Source: a virus (Duplodnaviria; Caudoviricetes). From it: DNA of 43,846 nucleotides. Under the pieces are notes generated by a model. That model saw only the letters and a program-made list of their open reading frames with translations. It had not been told where the DNA came from and did not search any database. The number at the start of each line of letters is the position of its first letter. Within the stretch, counting starts at the first letter, position 1. Location of the stretch: the IMG/VR virus record IMGVR_UViG_3300037722_000477, positions 1 through 43,846 of that record. The stretch is one strand, 5' to 3'. The translations under genes were made by a program, and so were the position numbers. This document shows, one piece after another, positions 16,553 through 26,254 of the stretch.

Positions 16553-16852
16553 ATGGCATCCAGTGTGTTTCTCGGCGACGGCACGGCGGTGGAAGGCGTG
16601 GGGGCCGGGTACCGGATCGCGCGGGGCTCCACGGCGTTGGATGGCTCGAATCCCACCACCATCGCGACGGGCCTGACGACGGTGGTCAGCTTCGTCGCCA
16701 CGCTCATCCGCGATTCGGCGGTCTCCAGCGGGACCGCGTTCGTGACGCACGCCACGCCCTCCGGGGGCGATGTCGCCGTCTACGGATGGGTCCTGACTGG
16801 GTCCGCCTCGAGTGGGACGGAAGCGGTGGACTGGATTGCGGTCGGCGTTTAG
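16553..16852 (+). CDS. Small virion protein
   Basis: Coupled; C-terminal VDWIAVG. Confidence 0.65.
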   Translation: MASSVFLGDGTAVEGVGAGYRIARGSTALDGSNPTTIATGLTTVVSFVATLIRDSAVSSGTAFVTHATPSGGDVAVYGWVLTGSASSGTEAVDWIAVGV

Positions 16853-17596
16853 ATGACCGTCGTCGAATGGATCAGTGATGCGCTCATGGCGCTGGGCGTG
16901 ATGGACGCCTCGGACGCCCCGGCACCGGCCGACATGAACCTCGGGCTGCGGACCGGGAATCGACTGATTGGGGCGTGGTCCGTCAATCGGCTGCTGATCT
17001 ACAGCATCACGCGCACGGTCTGGACGCTGACCGCGGGCACGGCCTCGTACACCGTCGGGACGGGCGGGGACATCGACATTCCGCGCCCGAACAACATGGA
17101 GGGCAACGGCGCCAACGTGCGCGTCATCAACACCACCCAGAGTCCGACGATCGAACTGGGCATGACGATGCTGACGGATGACACCTACCAAGCGGTCATC
17201 CAGAAGACGTACAGCAGCACCTATCCAACGTCGTGGTACTACAACCCGACGTACACCCAGGCCGCGCCCTACGGCACGCTGACGTTCTGGCCGATCCCGA
17301 ACGTGGATTATCTGCAGGGCGTGTTCTACAGCCCGGCCGCCGTGCAACAGGTGGCCATCGGGGACACGCTCTACGTGCCGCCGGAGTGGGGCCGCTTTCT
17401 GGTGACGAACCTCGCGATGGAACTCGCGATGTTCTTCCCAGCGATTCGGCCCTCCGACGAGCTGCAATTGGCGGCGCGCGAGAGCAAGGGGGACGTGGAG
17501 CGCACCAATCTCCGGCTGACGGATCTCGCGGTGGATTTGGCGCTACAGCCGATTCGCGATTACGAAAACTTCTACACCGGGGGATCGCGAGGCTAG
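16853..17596 (+). CDS. Head-tail adaptor (P22 gp4-like)
   Basis: ISDALMALGV...LGLRTGNRLIGAW N-terminus; NLAMELA; position. Confidence 0.75.
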   Translation: MTVVEWISDALMALGVMDASDAPAPADMNLGLRTGNRLIGAWSVNRLLIYSITRTVWTLTAGTASYTVGTGGDIDIPRPNNMEGNGANVRVINTTQSPTIELGMTMLTDDTYQAVIQKTYSSTYPTSWYYNPTYTQAAPYGTLTFWPIPNVDYLQGVFYSPAAVQQVAIGDTLYVPPEWGRFLVTNLAMELAMFFPAIRPSDELQLAARESKGDVERTNLRLTDLAVDLALQPIRDYENFYTGGSRG

Positions 17597-17597
17597 C

Positions 17598-19073
17598 ATG
17601 GCGGCCTTTCAGAGCTTCATCGGAGGGAGCTACCGCAGCCAGTCGCCCATTGCCGACCAGGAACGTACGGTGAATTGGTACGAGGAGCGCATGGAGTCGC
17701 CCGGGGCGACCACGCGGGCAGTCCTCTACCCCACCCCAGGCGTCGAGGCCTTCGCGCACGTAGCCGACGTGGGCGGGCGTGCCATGTTTTCCGGCAACAC
17801 GACCTCGGCGCACGTGCAGACGAATACCGGGCGCGTGTTCGGCGTCGTGGGGACCGGGTTCTACGAATTCTTCCCAGGTGGGACATCCACGAAGCATGGG
17901 ACCGTGGCCATTGATGCGAATCCGGCCACGATTTCGACCAACGGCGACGGCGGCGGCCAGCTGTTCATCACGAGCGGCGATCACGGCTATTGCTTCGACC
18001 TCGGGACGAACACCCTGACGGAGGTCTTGACCAGTGGGGCGGCCCAGGGCGGGATGCTCTATGGCTATTTCGTCGCGTTCGACCGCGAGAACTCCCGGAT
18101 TCGCATCTCCGACTTGTTCGATGGCACCGTCTGGGATCCGACGCAGTTCGCGGATCGGACGATTGGATCGGATCCGTGGCGGGCGATGGCCATCACGCCC
18201 TACGGCCAAATCTGCCTCCCCGGCACGCAGTCGGGGGAGTTTTGGTACAACGCGGGCAATTTCCCGTTTCCGTTCGCGCCCGATCCCTCTGGGCTGTTCG
18301 CGGCGGGCGTGACGGCGACGTTTTCGATCCAAGTGGCCGGCGATGCGATCGTGTGGCTCGGCGCCCGCTCAGAGGGGGGCTACCAAGTGCTGGCGGCGAC
18401 CGGCTTCACGCCGCAGCGCCTGAGCAATCACGCGCTGGAGTTCGCGATCGCCGGCTACCGCCGGATTGATGACGCGATTGGGCAGACCTATTCCGAACAG
18501 GGACATCTCTTCTACCTCCTCACGTTTCCGACCGTGAACGTGACCTGGGGGTACGACTTCGCCACGCAGCAATGGCATGAGCGCGGCACGTGGATCGCGG
18601 AGACGGCCTCGTACGACTACTGGCGCCCGGTGTTTCATTGCTTCGCCTTTGGCAAGCATCTGATGGCCGATCGGCAGTCCGGCGTGATCTATCACATGGC
18701 GAACGATCTGCCGCTGGATGTCGATGGGCGCGTGATTCGTCGGATGCGTCGGTCGCCCGCGATCGTGCGTGAGCATCTGCGCACGTTTTTTGACAAGCTT
18801 GAGATTCTGCTAGAGGCCGGCCTGGGCACCAGCACCGGGCAAGGCGCGGATCCGACGGTGATGTTGCGACTGTCGAATGACGGCGGCCGCACGTGGGGCA
18901 ATGAGCGGACGGCCAGCGCGGGGCGCATGGGCGCGTATACGGCGCGGGTCCTCTGGTGGCGGTTGGGGATGGCACGCGATCGCGTCTTTGAAGTCACTGT
19001 CAGCGATCCGATCGTGAACTGGCGCCTGATCGCGGCCTATCTCGTGACGCGGAAGAGTCAGGAGGCCGCGTAA
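17598..19073 (+). CDS. Tail nozzle / packaged DNA stabilisation protein (P22 gp10-like)
   Basis: LYPTPG, SNHALEFAI, GHLFYLLTFP..TW.YD..TQQWHER, LRLSNDGGRTW, WWRLGMARDRVFEV. Confidence 0.9.
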   Translation: MAAFQSFIGGSYRSQSPIADQERTVNWYEERMESPGATTRAVLYPTPGVEAFAHVADVGGRAMFSGNTTSAHVQTNTGRVFGVVGTGFYEFFPGGTSTKHGTVAIDANPATISTNGDGGGQLFITSGDHGYCFDLGTNTLTEVLTSGAAQGGMLYGYFVAFDRENSRIRISDLFDGTVWDPTQFADRTIGSDPWRAMAITPYGQICLPGTQSGEFWYNAGNFPFPFAPDPSGLFAAGVTATFSIQVAGDAIVWLGARSEGGYQVLAATGFTPQRLSNHALEFAIAGYRRIDDAIGQTYSEQGHLFYLLTFPTVNVTWGYDFATQQWHERGTWIAETASYDYWRPVFHCFAFGKHLMADRQSGVIYHMANDLPLDVDGRVIRRMRRSPAIVREHLRTFFDKLEILLEAGLGTSTGQGADPTVMLRLSNDGGRTWGNERTASAGRMGAYTARVLWWRLGMARDRVFEVTVSDPIVNWRLIAAYLVTRKSQEAA

Positions 19074-19074
19074 C

Positions 19075-19545
19075 GTGCCGCTGACCTCTGCGCTCGCGAA
19101 GACACCGATCATTGGCCCGGATGGGCTGGTGGTCCTGCCGTGGCTGATCCTGTTTCGGACGCAGGACCAGGCGATCGCGCACGCGCCGTCACGGGTCACG
19201 ACGGTGACGGTGGCGGCGACGAACGCGGCGATCAGCACGACGCCACTCCCCGCGGATCCGCTCGCGGCGGGCCTCTATCAGGTTTCGTATTACGCGCGGA
19301 TTGTCACGGCGGCGGTGACGTCGAGCAGCCTCACCGTCACGCTGGCCTGGTCCGATGGCGCGGCGACCTGCACCGCCTCTGGGGCGGCGATCACGGGGAA
19401 CACGACGACGACGACCGGCACGGGCTTCTTCCTGCTCCGCGTTGATGCCACGAGTCCGATTTCGTACAGCACCACATACGCGAGCAACGGCGCGGGAGAG
19501 ATGTCCTACGAGCTTGAGTTGGTCTTGCAGGCGATTGAGACATGA
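19075..19545 (+). CDS. Tail-associated virion protein
   Basis: Follows gp10-like gene; PII..DG..PW..F N-terminus. Confidence 0.65.
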   Translation: MPLTSALAKTPIIGPDGLVVLPWLILFRTQDQAIAHAPSRVTTVTVAATNAAISTTPLPADPLAAGLYQVSYYARIVTAAVTSSSLTVTLAWSDGAATCTASGAAITGNTTTTTGTGFFLLRVDATSPISYSTTYASNGAGEMSYELELVLQAIET

Positions 19546-19925
19546 CGAGCCGGATGTTGCCTCCCGACGAATGGCCGCGCCTCGCGGGCACGGAGGCGGA
19601 AACGCTGTGGCCGCACTTGGATCCAGCGAATGCCCAGGTGCTCGTCGTCGAGCATGAGGGGCAGATCGTGGGGACGTGGACGGTAATGCGCATGGTCCAC
19701 GTTGAATGTGTCTGGGTGCATCCCGCCTATCGGGGCACGTTCGGCGTCGTGAAGCGGCTGTTGCGCGGGATGCGGGCGGCCGCCCGGACCTGGGGCGCGC
19801 GCACCGTGTTGACCGGAGCCATGACCGATCAGGTGCGCGGATTGATTACGAGCTTGCACGGGGTGCGGTTGCCCGGTGAGCACTATGTGATTCCAGTGGA
19901 GCAGGTCCCATGCCAGCAGCCATAG
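19542..19925 (+). CDS. GNAT-fold protein of the virion assembly cluster
   Basis: VEHEGQIVG..HVECVWVHPAYRG. Confidence 0.7.
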   Translation: MTSRMLPPDEWPRLAGTEAETLWPHLDPANAQVLVVEHEGQIVGTWTVMRMVHVECVWVHPAYRGTFGVVKRLLRGMRAAARTWGARTVLTGAMTDQVRGLITSLHGVRLPGEHYVIPVEQVPCQQP

Positions 19926-20383
19926 CGATTCCCGCGATTGTCGGTGCGGCGTCGGCCGGTGCCTCGATCTACGGCTCTCGTCAGGCGGCGAATGCCAATC
20001 GCCGCGCCACACAGGTGCAAGACACCTCGAATCGCGAGGCCATCGCCTTCGCCCGCGAGCAGGAGCAGCGCCGACAGCAGGAGTACGACCGCGAACAAGC
20101 GGAAGCCCGAGCGGCTTGGGACGCGCAGGAAGCGCGCCGCGCGCCGTATCGCGAGACGAGCCAGCGCGCGCTGATGAGCCTCGCGCAACTGGCCGGGCTG
20201 CCCGCGCCCACGATGCGCACGGCGGACGCGATGCCCTCTGGCTGGTCGCGTGATGCGGCCGCGCCTGGCCGGCGACCGCTGATGCCGCTGGACGGGGTGA
20301 CGCCGCGCCGCCGCGCGATGCTGCCACAGGGGCAGCCGCTGCGCTCGATGCCGCTGGATGTCTTTGCGAACGGAGGGGCCTAA
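19910..20383 (+). CDS. Ejection (DNA pilot) protein, gp7-like N-terminal part
   Basis: AIVGAASAGASIYGSRQAA...RRAPYR..AL..L. Confidence 0.65.
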   Translation: MPAAIAIPAIVGAASAGASIYGSRQAANANRRATQVQDTSNREAIAFAREQEQRRQQEYDREQAEARAAWDAQEARRAPYRETSQRALMSLAQLAGLPAPTMRTADAMPSGWSRDAAAPGRRPLMPLDGVTPRRRAMLPQGQPLRSMPLDVFANGGA

Positions 20384-20385
20384 GT

Positions 20386-21243
20386 ATGCCGTATCAATCT
20401 GAATACGACGGGCAGTGGTACAACGACGACGGGACCCCGCTGAACGGCGGCTATTACGACGTCGGCCAGGGACGGAACCCGTACGAGGAACCCCTTGATA
20501 CGTGGGCCTCGCCCGCACCGTCGCCCCCACCGGGCGGCACGTCTGGGACTCGTCCGCCCGGGGCGCCGCCGACGCAGCCGGAGGGCTACCACGGCATCGA
20601 GTACTGGCAGCAGCAGGGGTACGGCACCAACGACATGTTCGATGAGAACGGCCAAATGCGGCCGGGCTGGACGCGGACGGCGGACGGGTACGCCTATACG
20701 CCCGTGTCGGCGCCCAGCGGTGGAGGCGGCGGGGGCGGCTTTTCGTTCTCCGCGCCGTCGTTCTCACGGATGGCCGATGGCCCAGCCTTTGCGCCCCCGA
20801 AGTTTCAGGCCCCGGCCCCGTTTGCGTATGCGCCGTTTGCCGCGCCCACGATCGCCGAGGCCGAACAGGAGCCAGGGTATGCATTCTCGGCGGAACAGGG
20901 CCGTAAGCAACTGGAGGCCACGCGGGCGGCCCAGGGCATCTATCGCACGGGCGGCACGCTGAAGGACATCTACGCCTGGGCGAACCGCTTCGCCGAACAG
21001 AACTACGGCAATGTGTACAACCGCTCGGCGAACACCTACGGGATCAACCGCACCAACGCGGCAGACTCGTACATGACCAACTACGGGGTCAGCCGGGACG
21101 TGTTCGACCGCGACTATCGGGGGTCGTTCGATACGTACAACTTCGGCCAGCGCAATCGTGAGCTCGATTTTTCGCGGGAGTGGGATAACTACCTCTCGCA
21201 ACTGGATCTGCAGAAGACGCTCTACGGGGCGGGGTTGGACTGA
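20386..21243 (+). CDS. Ejection protein carrying gp7-like PGYxF core
   Basis: EPGYAFSAEQG...AAQG..TGGTLK..FAEQNY.N.YNR. Confidence 0.65.
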   Translation: MPYQSEYDGQWYNDDGTPLNGGYYDVGQGRNPYEEPLDTWASPAPSPPPGGTSGTRPPGAPPTQPEGYHGIEYWQQQGYGTNDMFDENGQMRPGWTRTADGYAYTPVSAPSGGGGGGGFSFSAPSFSRMADGPAFAPPKFQAPAPFAYAPFAAPTIAEAEQEPGYAFSAEQGRKQLEATRAAQGIYRTGGTLKDIYAWANRFAEQNYGNVYNRSANTYGINRTNAADSYMTNYGVSRDVFDRDYRGSFDTYNFGQRNRELDFSREWDNYLSQLDLQKTLYGAGLD

Positions 21244-22679
21244 TGCCGTCGTATACGACGCCGTACGTGCGCCGCGCGTACGATACGGCGCCGACCATGC
21301 GAATCGCCGATTTCATTCGGCAGGCCGGCACGGACGCGGCCGAGGCGCAGCGGCGCGGGGGGGAGATCAGCGGCCAGATGTGGGGCACCCTGGGCCAGCA
21401 GATCGGCAGTACGGCGACCGGGATCCTGCAGGAGCGGCAGGACGCGCCCCGCCGCGCCATGCAGGACGACGCCAGCCGAATCGGGCTGGAGAATGCGCGC
21501 GCCGAGCAGGCGACCGCACGGAGAGCGACGGAAGACCGCAGCATCCTTGCGTCCGCGCAGAGCAGCCGGCTCTCACCCGAGGAGGTCAAGGCGCAGCTGC
21601 AGCAATTGGGACGCGGCGATCTCGTGCCGCTGTTCGATCAGACCTGGATGCAGCTGGAATCGAATCGCCTCGGCCTGCAGAAAGCCAAGACGGAGATGGG
21701 CGCGCTCGAGGCCGACTACTTCGGAAACTTCGCGGCGGCGATCAAGAAGGCCAATTTCGAGCCGATGGCCGTGGAGTGGGCACTGACCGAAGCGGCGGCG
21801 GACGGCCATGACGTGACTGCACTCAGGCAGCAGCTGCAGCAGACCCCAGACCTGTTGCCGCAGATCGTGGATCAGCTGATCGAGCGCTCGCCGTCCCAGC
21901 GGAAACTCCTCGGCGAAGAAGCGGATCGGGACCTGCGGACGAAACAGGAAGCGCGCGCCATCAAGACGGCTGAGCAGACGGCCGCTGACCGGGCGGACGA
22001 CAACCGGCGAGCGGCGGCACAAGCGGCGGAAGTGGCGCGGCACAACCGGGCCACGGAGGCGACGGCGGCGGCCGCCCCGGGACGAGCGGGTTACTTCACG
22101 ATGACGCCCGTCTATGACCAGCAGGGCCGCCCCGTGGGCGCCATGAAGTTAAATGCGCGCACGGGACAGACCGAATTCGTGCAACCCGCCGATCTCGGGG
22201 GCGTCACGGCGAGGCCTCCAGGTAATCTCGGCCAGCGGACCGTCGATAACGAGGCCGCCCTGGATGCCCTCGATCGGCTCAAGCGTCAGTTCGATACTGG
22301 GGCGAAGACCGACATTGGGCCTGCCGAAGGACGGGCGCGCCGGACGGCGCAGGCCGTCCCTGGCGGCGTGACGATCATGGAGTGGTTGGGTCAGGACACG
22401 AAGCGCTTTGCGGACTTTGACGCGGGCACCCGGGCGTTTCAGAACGCCATGATCAAAGCGATTACCGGCGCGCAAATGTCTGAGCCCGAAGCCAAGCGCA
22501 TCATGGGGCAAATCCCAGCCATCACCGACCACCCGACCGTATGGGACGCGAAATATGCCCAGAGCGTCGAGAACCTGAAGGATCTGGAGCGGCGCACACG
22601 GACTGATCGCGACGTGACCGCGCCGCAGCGTGGCAGCACGACGCGGATCGGGCGCTTCGAGGTCGAGGTCGCGGACTAG
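21243..22679 (+). CDS. Ejection/internal virion protein (gp20 position)
   Basis: Ala/Gln-rich helical; ITGAQMSEPE motif; synteny. Confidence 0.65.
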   Translation: MPSYTTPYVRRAYDTAPTMRIADFIRQAGTDAAEAQRRGGEISGQMWGTLGQQIGSTATGILQERQDAPRRAMQDDASRIGLENARAEQATARRATEDRSILASAQSSRLSPEEVKAQLQQLGRGDLVPLFDQTWMQLESNRLGLQKAKTEMGALEADYFGNFAAAIKKANFEPMAVEWALTEAAADGHDVTALRQQLQQTPDLLPQIVDQLIERSPSQRKLLGEEADRDLRTKQEARAIKTAEQTAADRADDNRRAAAQAAEVARHNRATEATAAAAPGRAGYFTMTPVYDQQGRPVGAMKLNARTGQTEFVQPADLGGVTARPPGNLGQRTVDNEAALDALDRLKRQFDTGAKTDIGPAEGRARRTAQAVPGGVTIMEWLGQDTKRFADFDAGTRAFQNAMIKAITGAQMSEPEAKRIMGQIPAITDHPTVWDAKYAQSVENLKDLERRTRTDRDVTAPQRGSTTRIGRFEVEVAD

Positions 22680-24155
22680 ATGCCCACGTATACCGTCCGT
22701 GATCCGCAGACGGGCAAGACCGTCAGACTGACCGGCGCGAGTCCGCCGAGCGAAGCGGAGCTGACACAGATTTTCGGACGCCTCGCGCCGGTGACGGAGC
22801 CGGTGCGGACCCCCGGTCGTGCGCGTGGGCCTGCCACGATTGGGGAGATCGTCGGAGACGTCGGGATCGGCGCCGCGAAGGGCGTCGCCAATACGGTCGC
22901 CGGACTCGGCGAACTGGTGCATCGGATCCCAGGCGTCACGCCCGCCGTCGATGCGCTCTACGGGCGTCCTGTCTCGCAGGAGGCCTTCGCGGCGGCGAGG
23001 CGCGTCACGCAGCCCACGACGCCCGCGCAGCGCGTCGGGTACACCGTCGAGCAAATGGGGGAGTTCTTCTTGCCGACGGGAGCCACCAAGCTCAAATTAG
23101 CCAGTGAGGCGGCGAAGTCGGCTGTATTGACGCTGGCGCAGAGCGGCTCGCCGGCCACTGCGGCCACGTCAGCAGGGCTCACAGCCGTTATTCCTGGTGC
23201 TGGCGCCGTGCGGAGAGGCGCGCAGGCGCTGCGGGAGTCTGCAGAACCGTTGGTGCAGGCCGCGCTCAAGCCGACGCTGGCCTCCTTGAAGCGGATTACC
23301 GGCGCGGGCGGCCTCGACGCGAAGGCAACGGCGCTCGTGCGCTTCATTATCGATCGCAAACTCACCACGCCCGAGAAGGCGCGGCAGCTGTTCGCGGAGA
23401 CCGAGCACGAGCTCCAGCGCGTCCTCCGTCTCAAGAATGCGCCCACAGACGCTGCGACCCGCGCGGATCGGTATCTGCGCGCCCTGGAGCGCAGTGCATC
23501 GAAACAGGGGTTAGCAGCCGATGACGTCGCCCAAATCAACAAGGCGGCGGCGGAACTCGTGGAAGGCGCCATGGGGCGAGATGTGATCACGATGGTGTCC
23601 ACGCCCCATCCGACGCTCCTGACTGCCCAGGGGACGCCGATTCTGGTGCTGCGTCCGAAGGTGACACGCGCCTTGCGCCCAGACGTCCCAGCCACTGAGG
23701 CGCTGGAGAGCGCACGCGCCTCCAGCCGGTGGACGACGCGTAAAGCGTGGGGCGAGCAGAAGGGCGCGACGACGGAATCGGCGAAGGCCGTTGAGCGGGC
23801 GCAGCGCGATGCCGTCAAGGAGGCCGTGCCAGACGCACGGCGGCTGCTGCAGACGGAAGCGAAGTCGCTGCAGTCAGCCGATGCACTCGAGCGGATGGCG
23901 CAACGGACCGGCAATCGCGATGCCGTGAGTCTCCCGACACATGTCATCGCGGCGGGCGAGCTCGCGACAGGGCGCGTGCCTGTCCTGGCCTTTGCCGCGA
24001 ACTGGCTCAGGAACAATCAGATGAAGGCGGGGATCTGGGCGGACGTCCTGGGACGCGCGATCGAGAAAGGCAACGCGCCACTGGCGGCAGACATTCTTAA
24101 GAAGTTGGGGGTGGGGGGGGCGTCCCAGGTGATGCGCCCCGCCACGGCACGATGA
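22680..24155 (+). CDS. Ejection/internal virion protein (gp16 position)
   Basis: Ala-rich helical; synteny before tail spike. Confidence 0.65.
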   Translation: MPTYTVRDPQTGKTVRLTGASPPSEAELTQIFGRLAPVTEPVRTPGRARGPATIGEIVGDVGIGAAKGVANTVAGLGELVHRIPGVTPAVDALYGRPVSQEAFAAARRVTQPTTPAQRVGYTVEQMGEFFLPTGATKLKLASEAAKSAVLTLAQSGSPATAATSAGLTAVIPGAGAVRRGAQALRESAEPLVQAALKPTLASLKRITGAGGLDAKATALVRFIIDRKLTTPEKARQLFAETEHELQRVLRLKNAPTDAATRADRYLRALERSASKQGLAADDVAQINKAAAELVEGAMGRDVITMVSTPHPTLLTAQGTPILVLRPKVTRALRPDVPATEALESARASSRWTTRKAWGEQKGATTESAKAVERAQRDAVKEAVPDARRLLQTEAKSLQSADALERMAQRTGNRDAVSLPTHVIAAGELATGRVPVLAFAANWLRNNQMKAGIWADVLGRAIEKGNAPLAADILKKLGVGGASQVMRPATAR

Positions 24156-24345
24156 TCTCCCGCCATGCCACGGTCGCGAGGAGGATGAATTGGGCGACCC
24201 CAGCCCAGAAATGGCGATCGAACCAGAGGAGTAACCAGAGGAGCGCGCCGAGGAGCGCGAGCGATCCGGCGAGCCCACGCCAGGCCCAGAATAGCGGCCT
24301 GGGCGCGCGACCCATGCGGGTATCAAGACGAGCGAGCCATGCCAT
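24097..24345 (-). CDS. Small two-TM membrane protein, possible superinfection exclusion moron
   Basis: Hydrophobic LAGSLALLGALLWLLLWF and FWAGVAQFILLATVAW; own extended -10 (TGcTAGGAT, 24356-24364). Confidence 0.6.
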   Translation of the reverse strand: MAWLARLDTRMGRAPRPLFWAWRGLAGSLALLGALLWLLLWFDRHFWAGVAQFILLATVAWREIIVPWRGASPGTPPPPPTS

Positions 24346-24381
24346 CGCGCGGGAGATCCTAGCACGTTTCGAGATGAACCC

Positions 24382-25668
24382 ATGGCAGATTTCACACTAG
24401 CTCCTGTTCCCGGCCAGACGTTTCTCGACAACGCCGGGAACATCGTCCCGGGTGGGTTGATCTGGACGTACGAGTCCGGCACCGACACACCGGCGCCGAC
24501 CTACACCACCCAGGACGGCGTGGCGCACACGAATCCGATTGTCCTCGACGGGTTCGGGCGCGTCCCGTCCGAGATTTACCTGACGCCTGGGGCCACGCAG
24601 AAATGGGTCTTTGAGACAGCGGCCACGCCGCCGGCGCACGGGGCGGTCTTGCGCACGTATCCGACGGTGGCCGCGGTCCCGCAAGCCTCCTCTGATCAAG
24701 AAGTCCCTGGCACGGCCGGGGAAGACTTCCTCGCGGAAGAGGTGGCCTACCTCTCTGACGGGTCTGGGAGCCTCACGGCGGGCCAGTGGTACAAAGCGGA
24801 CGCCAACAACGCGTACAGTTCCACGTTGCCAACACTGGCATTCGTCGTCTCGGCCATCGCCGCGAACGAGAGTGGGACGTTTCGCATGGGCGGATCGATC
24901 GCCCTCACAGGCCCCCTGACACCAGGCGCGGCCTACTACGTGAGTGGCACAGCGGGGCAAATTACGGCGACCCCGCCGACGAATGCGCGTCGGGTGGGGC
25001 AGGCGGATTCCGTGACATCGCTCGTGATCAACCCTTCTATTAACGGCGGCGATTTCGTTGGCCTCGATCTCATTGCGAGCGGGACCGTCACGACGGGTTC
25101 GGGCGCGGTGGGGGCGGTCGCCGTCGCTGTGGGAGCGGCCACGGTCGGCCTCTTTAGCTCCGGGGCCAATGCGCTGGACTTCGCGACGGCTGGCGTCAGG
25201 GCGCTCGGGATTGACTCCACGCGATTTATCGATTCGCCGACGCAACCACGCTGTACGGCCTATAACGCCGCCACACAAAACGTCACCGCGACTGCGGCGC
25301 TTGCGCTGAATACCGAAGAAGTCGATATCGGCAGCATGCACGACAACTCGACGAACAACAGCCGCATCACGGTGCCCACCGGGGGAGACGGATTCTACCT
25401 TGTCATCGGCAGCACGACGGTAGATACCGAGAGCACGGGAGATGCGAATCTCGCCCTGCGGCTAAGTGGATCCACGAAGCTGCGCGAAACCAAGTTGGAC
25501 GCGACGATCAATGATCTGCAGGTCCAATGGGAATTGTCCTGGATGGGCACGTTGGCCGCGGGGGCCTACGTGGAAATGATCATCGATAAGAGCGACGGGA
25601 GCACGTGGGTCTTTGGGTCGTCATCGGCGTTCCGGTCGACCAGGTTGTCGGTCGTGAAACTATGGTAA
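24382..25668 (+). CDS. Tail spike/fibre with C-terminal C1q-like domain
   Basis: N-terminal FLDNAG..YESGT.TP..TY..HTNPIVLD..GR attachment motif; C-terminal D.GSMHD..NNSRIT.P..DGFYLV. Confidence 0.75.
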   Translation: MADFTLAPVPGQTFLDNAGNIVPGGLIWTYESGTDTPAPTYTTQDGVAHTNPIVLDGFGRVPSEIYLTPGATQKWVFETAATPPAHGAVLRTYPTVAAVPQASSDQEVPGTAGEDFLAEEVAYLSDGSGSLTAGQWYKADANNAYSSTLPTLAFVVSAIAANESGTFRMGGSIALTGPLTPGAAYYVSGTAGQITATPPTNARRVGQADSVTSLVINPSINGGDFVGLDLIASGTVTTGSGAVGAVAVAVGAATVGLFSSGANALDFATAGVRALGIDSTRFIDSPTQPRCTAYNAATQNVTATAALALNTEEVDIGSMHDNSTNNSRITVPTGGDGFYLVIGSTTVDTESTGDANLALRLSGSTKLRETKLDATINDLQVQWELSWMGTLAAGAYVEMIIDKSDGSTWVFGSSSAFRSTRLSVVKLW

Positions 25669-25689
25669 CGGTCATGTAGCACGACCAGC

Positions 25690-25725
25690 CGCCGACCACC
25701 CTCTGGCTAGAGAGGATGGCCGGCG
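25690..25725. other. Intergenic hairpin between tail spike and holin-like gene
   Basis: CGCCGACCACCCTCT / AGAGGATGGCCGGCG imperfect stem, no T-tract. Confidence 0.4.
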
Positions 25726-25814
25726 TAGACGACACACACGCAGGAATGCGCTGCGCGCGTCCCGCCCGCTAGGAGTAACGGCAGGAACGCCGTGCAAGAA
25801 CAGGGGCGGGGCCC

Positions 25815-26066
25815 ATGGATGCCGGGGTGGTGGTGGATAACGAGTTCATCAAGTGGTTCGCGACCTTGGGCGTGGGGGGCGTCTTGGCGGCCTTTATGTT
25901 CCATTTTTACCGGAAAGACGTGCGCCAATACACCGACCAGTGGCGGGGGCAATCTGAGCTGCTGATCGGCGTCATCAAGGAGAACACCTCCGTGCTGACA
26001 CGGTTAGTGACGGTGATCGATGCACTCCATCGGCGCATCGACCGGGAAGAGGATGTGGTGCCGTGA
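25815..26066 (+). CDS. Holin-like single-TM protein (BhlA-like layout)
   Basis: TM WFATLGVGGVLAAFMFHFY then RKD and coiled coil VIKENT; lysis-cassette position. Confidence 0.6.
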   Translation: MDAGVVVDNEFIKWFATLGVGGVLAAFMFHFYRKDVRQYTDQWRGQSELLIGVIKENTSVLTRLVTVIDALHRRIDREEDVVP

Positions 26067-26254
26067 CGCTGGCTGACACGATTCTGCGCATTATTGCCGC
26101 GCTGGCCGAGGCCTACGTGATCGAGATTCGGAGTGCCACCCCGGAACAGGTGCAGGCGATTGTGGCGAGACGTGAGCGCGACTTAGCCCGCCTCGATCGG
26201 CTCATTAATATCGTGATCCCCGGATGGATTCCAGAAGGAGACTCCCGCACATGA
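26063..26254 (+). CDS. Hypothetical protein
   Basis: GTGA and ATGA coupled. Confidence 0.6.
   Translation: MTLADTILRIIAALAEAYVIEIRSATPEQVQAIVARRERDLARLDRLINIVIPGWIPEGDSRT

Noticed and set aside
15650-17467. 605-aa minus-strand ORF
   Set aside because: Antisense to well-supported virion genes; no motifs.
24382-25668. Diversity-generating retroelement target in the tail spike
   Set aside because: No reverse transcriptase and no template/variable repeat pair found.
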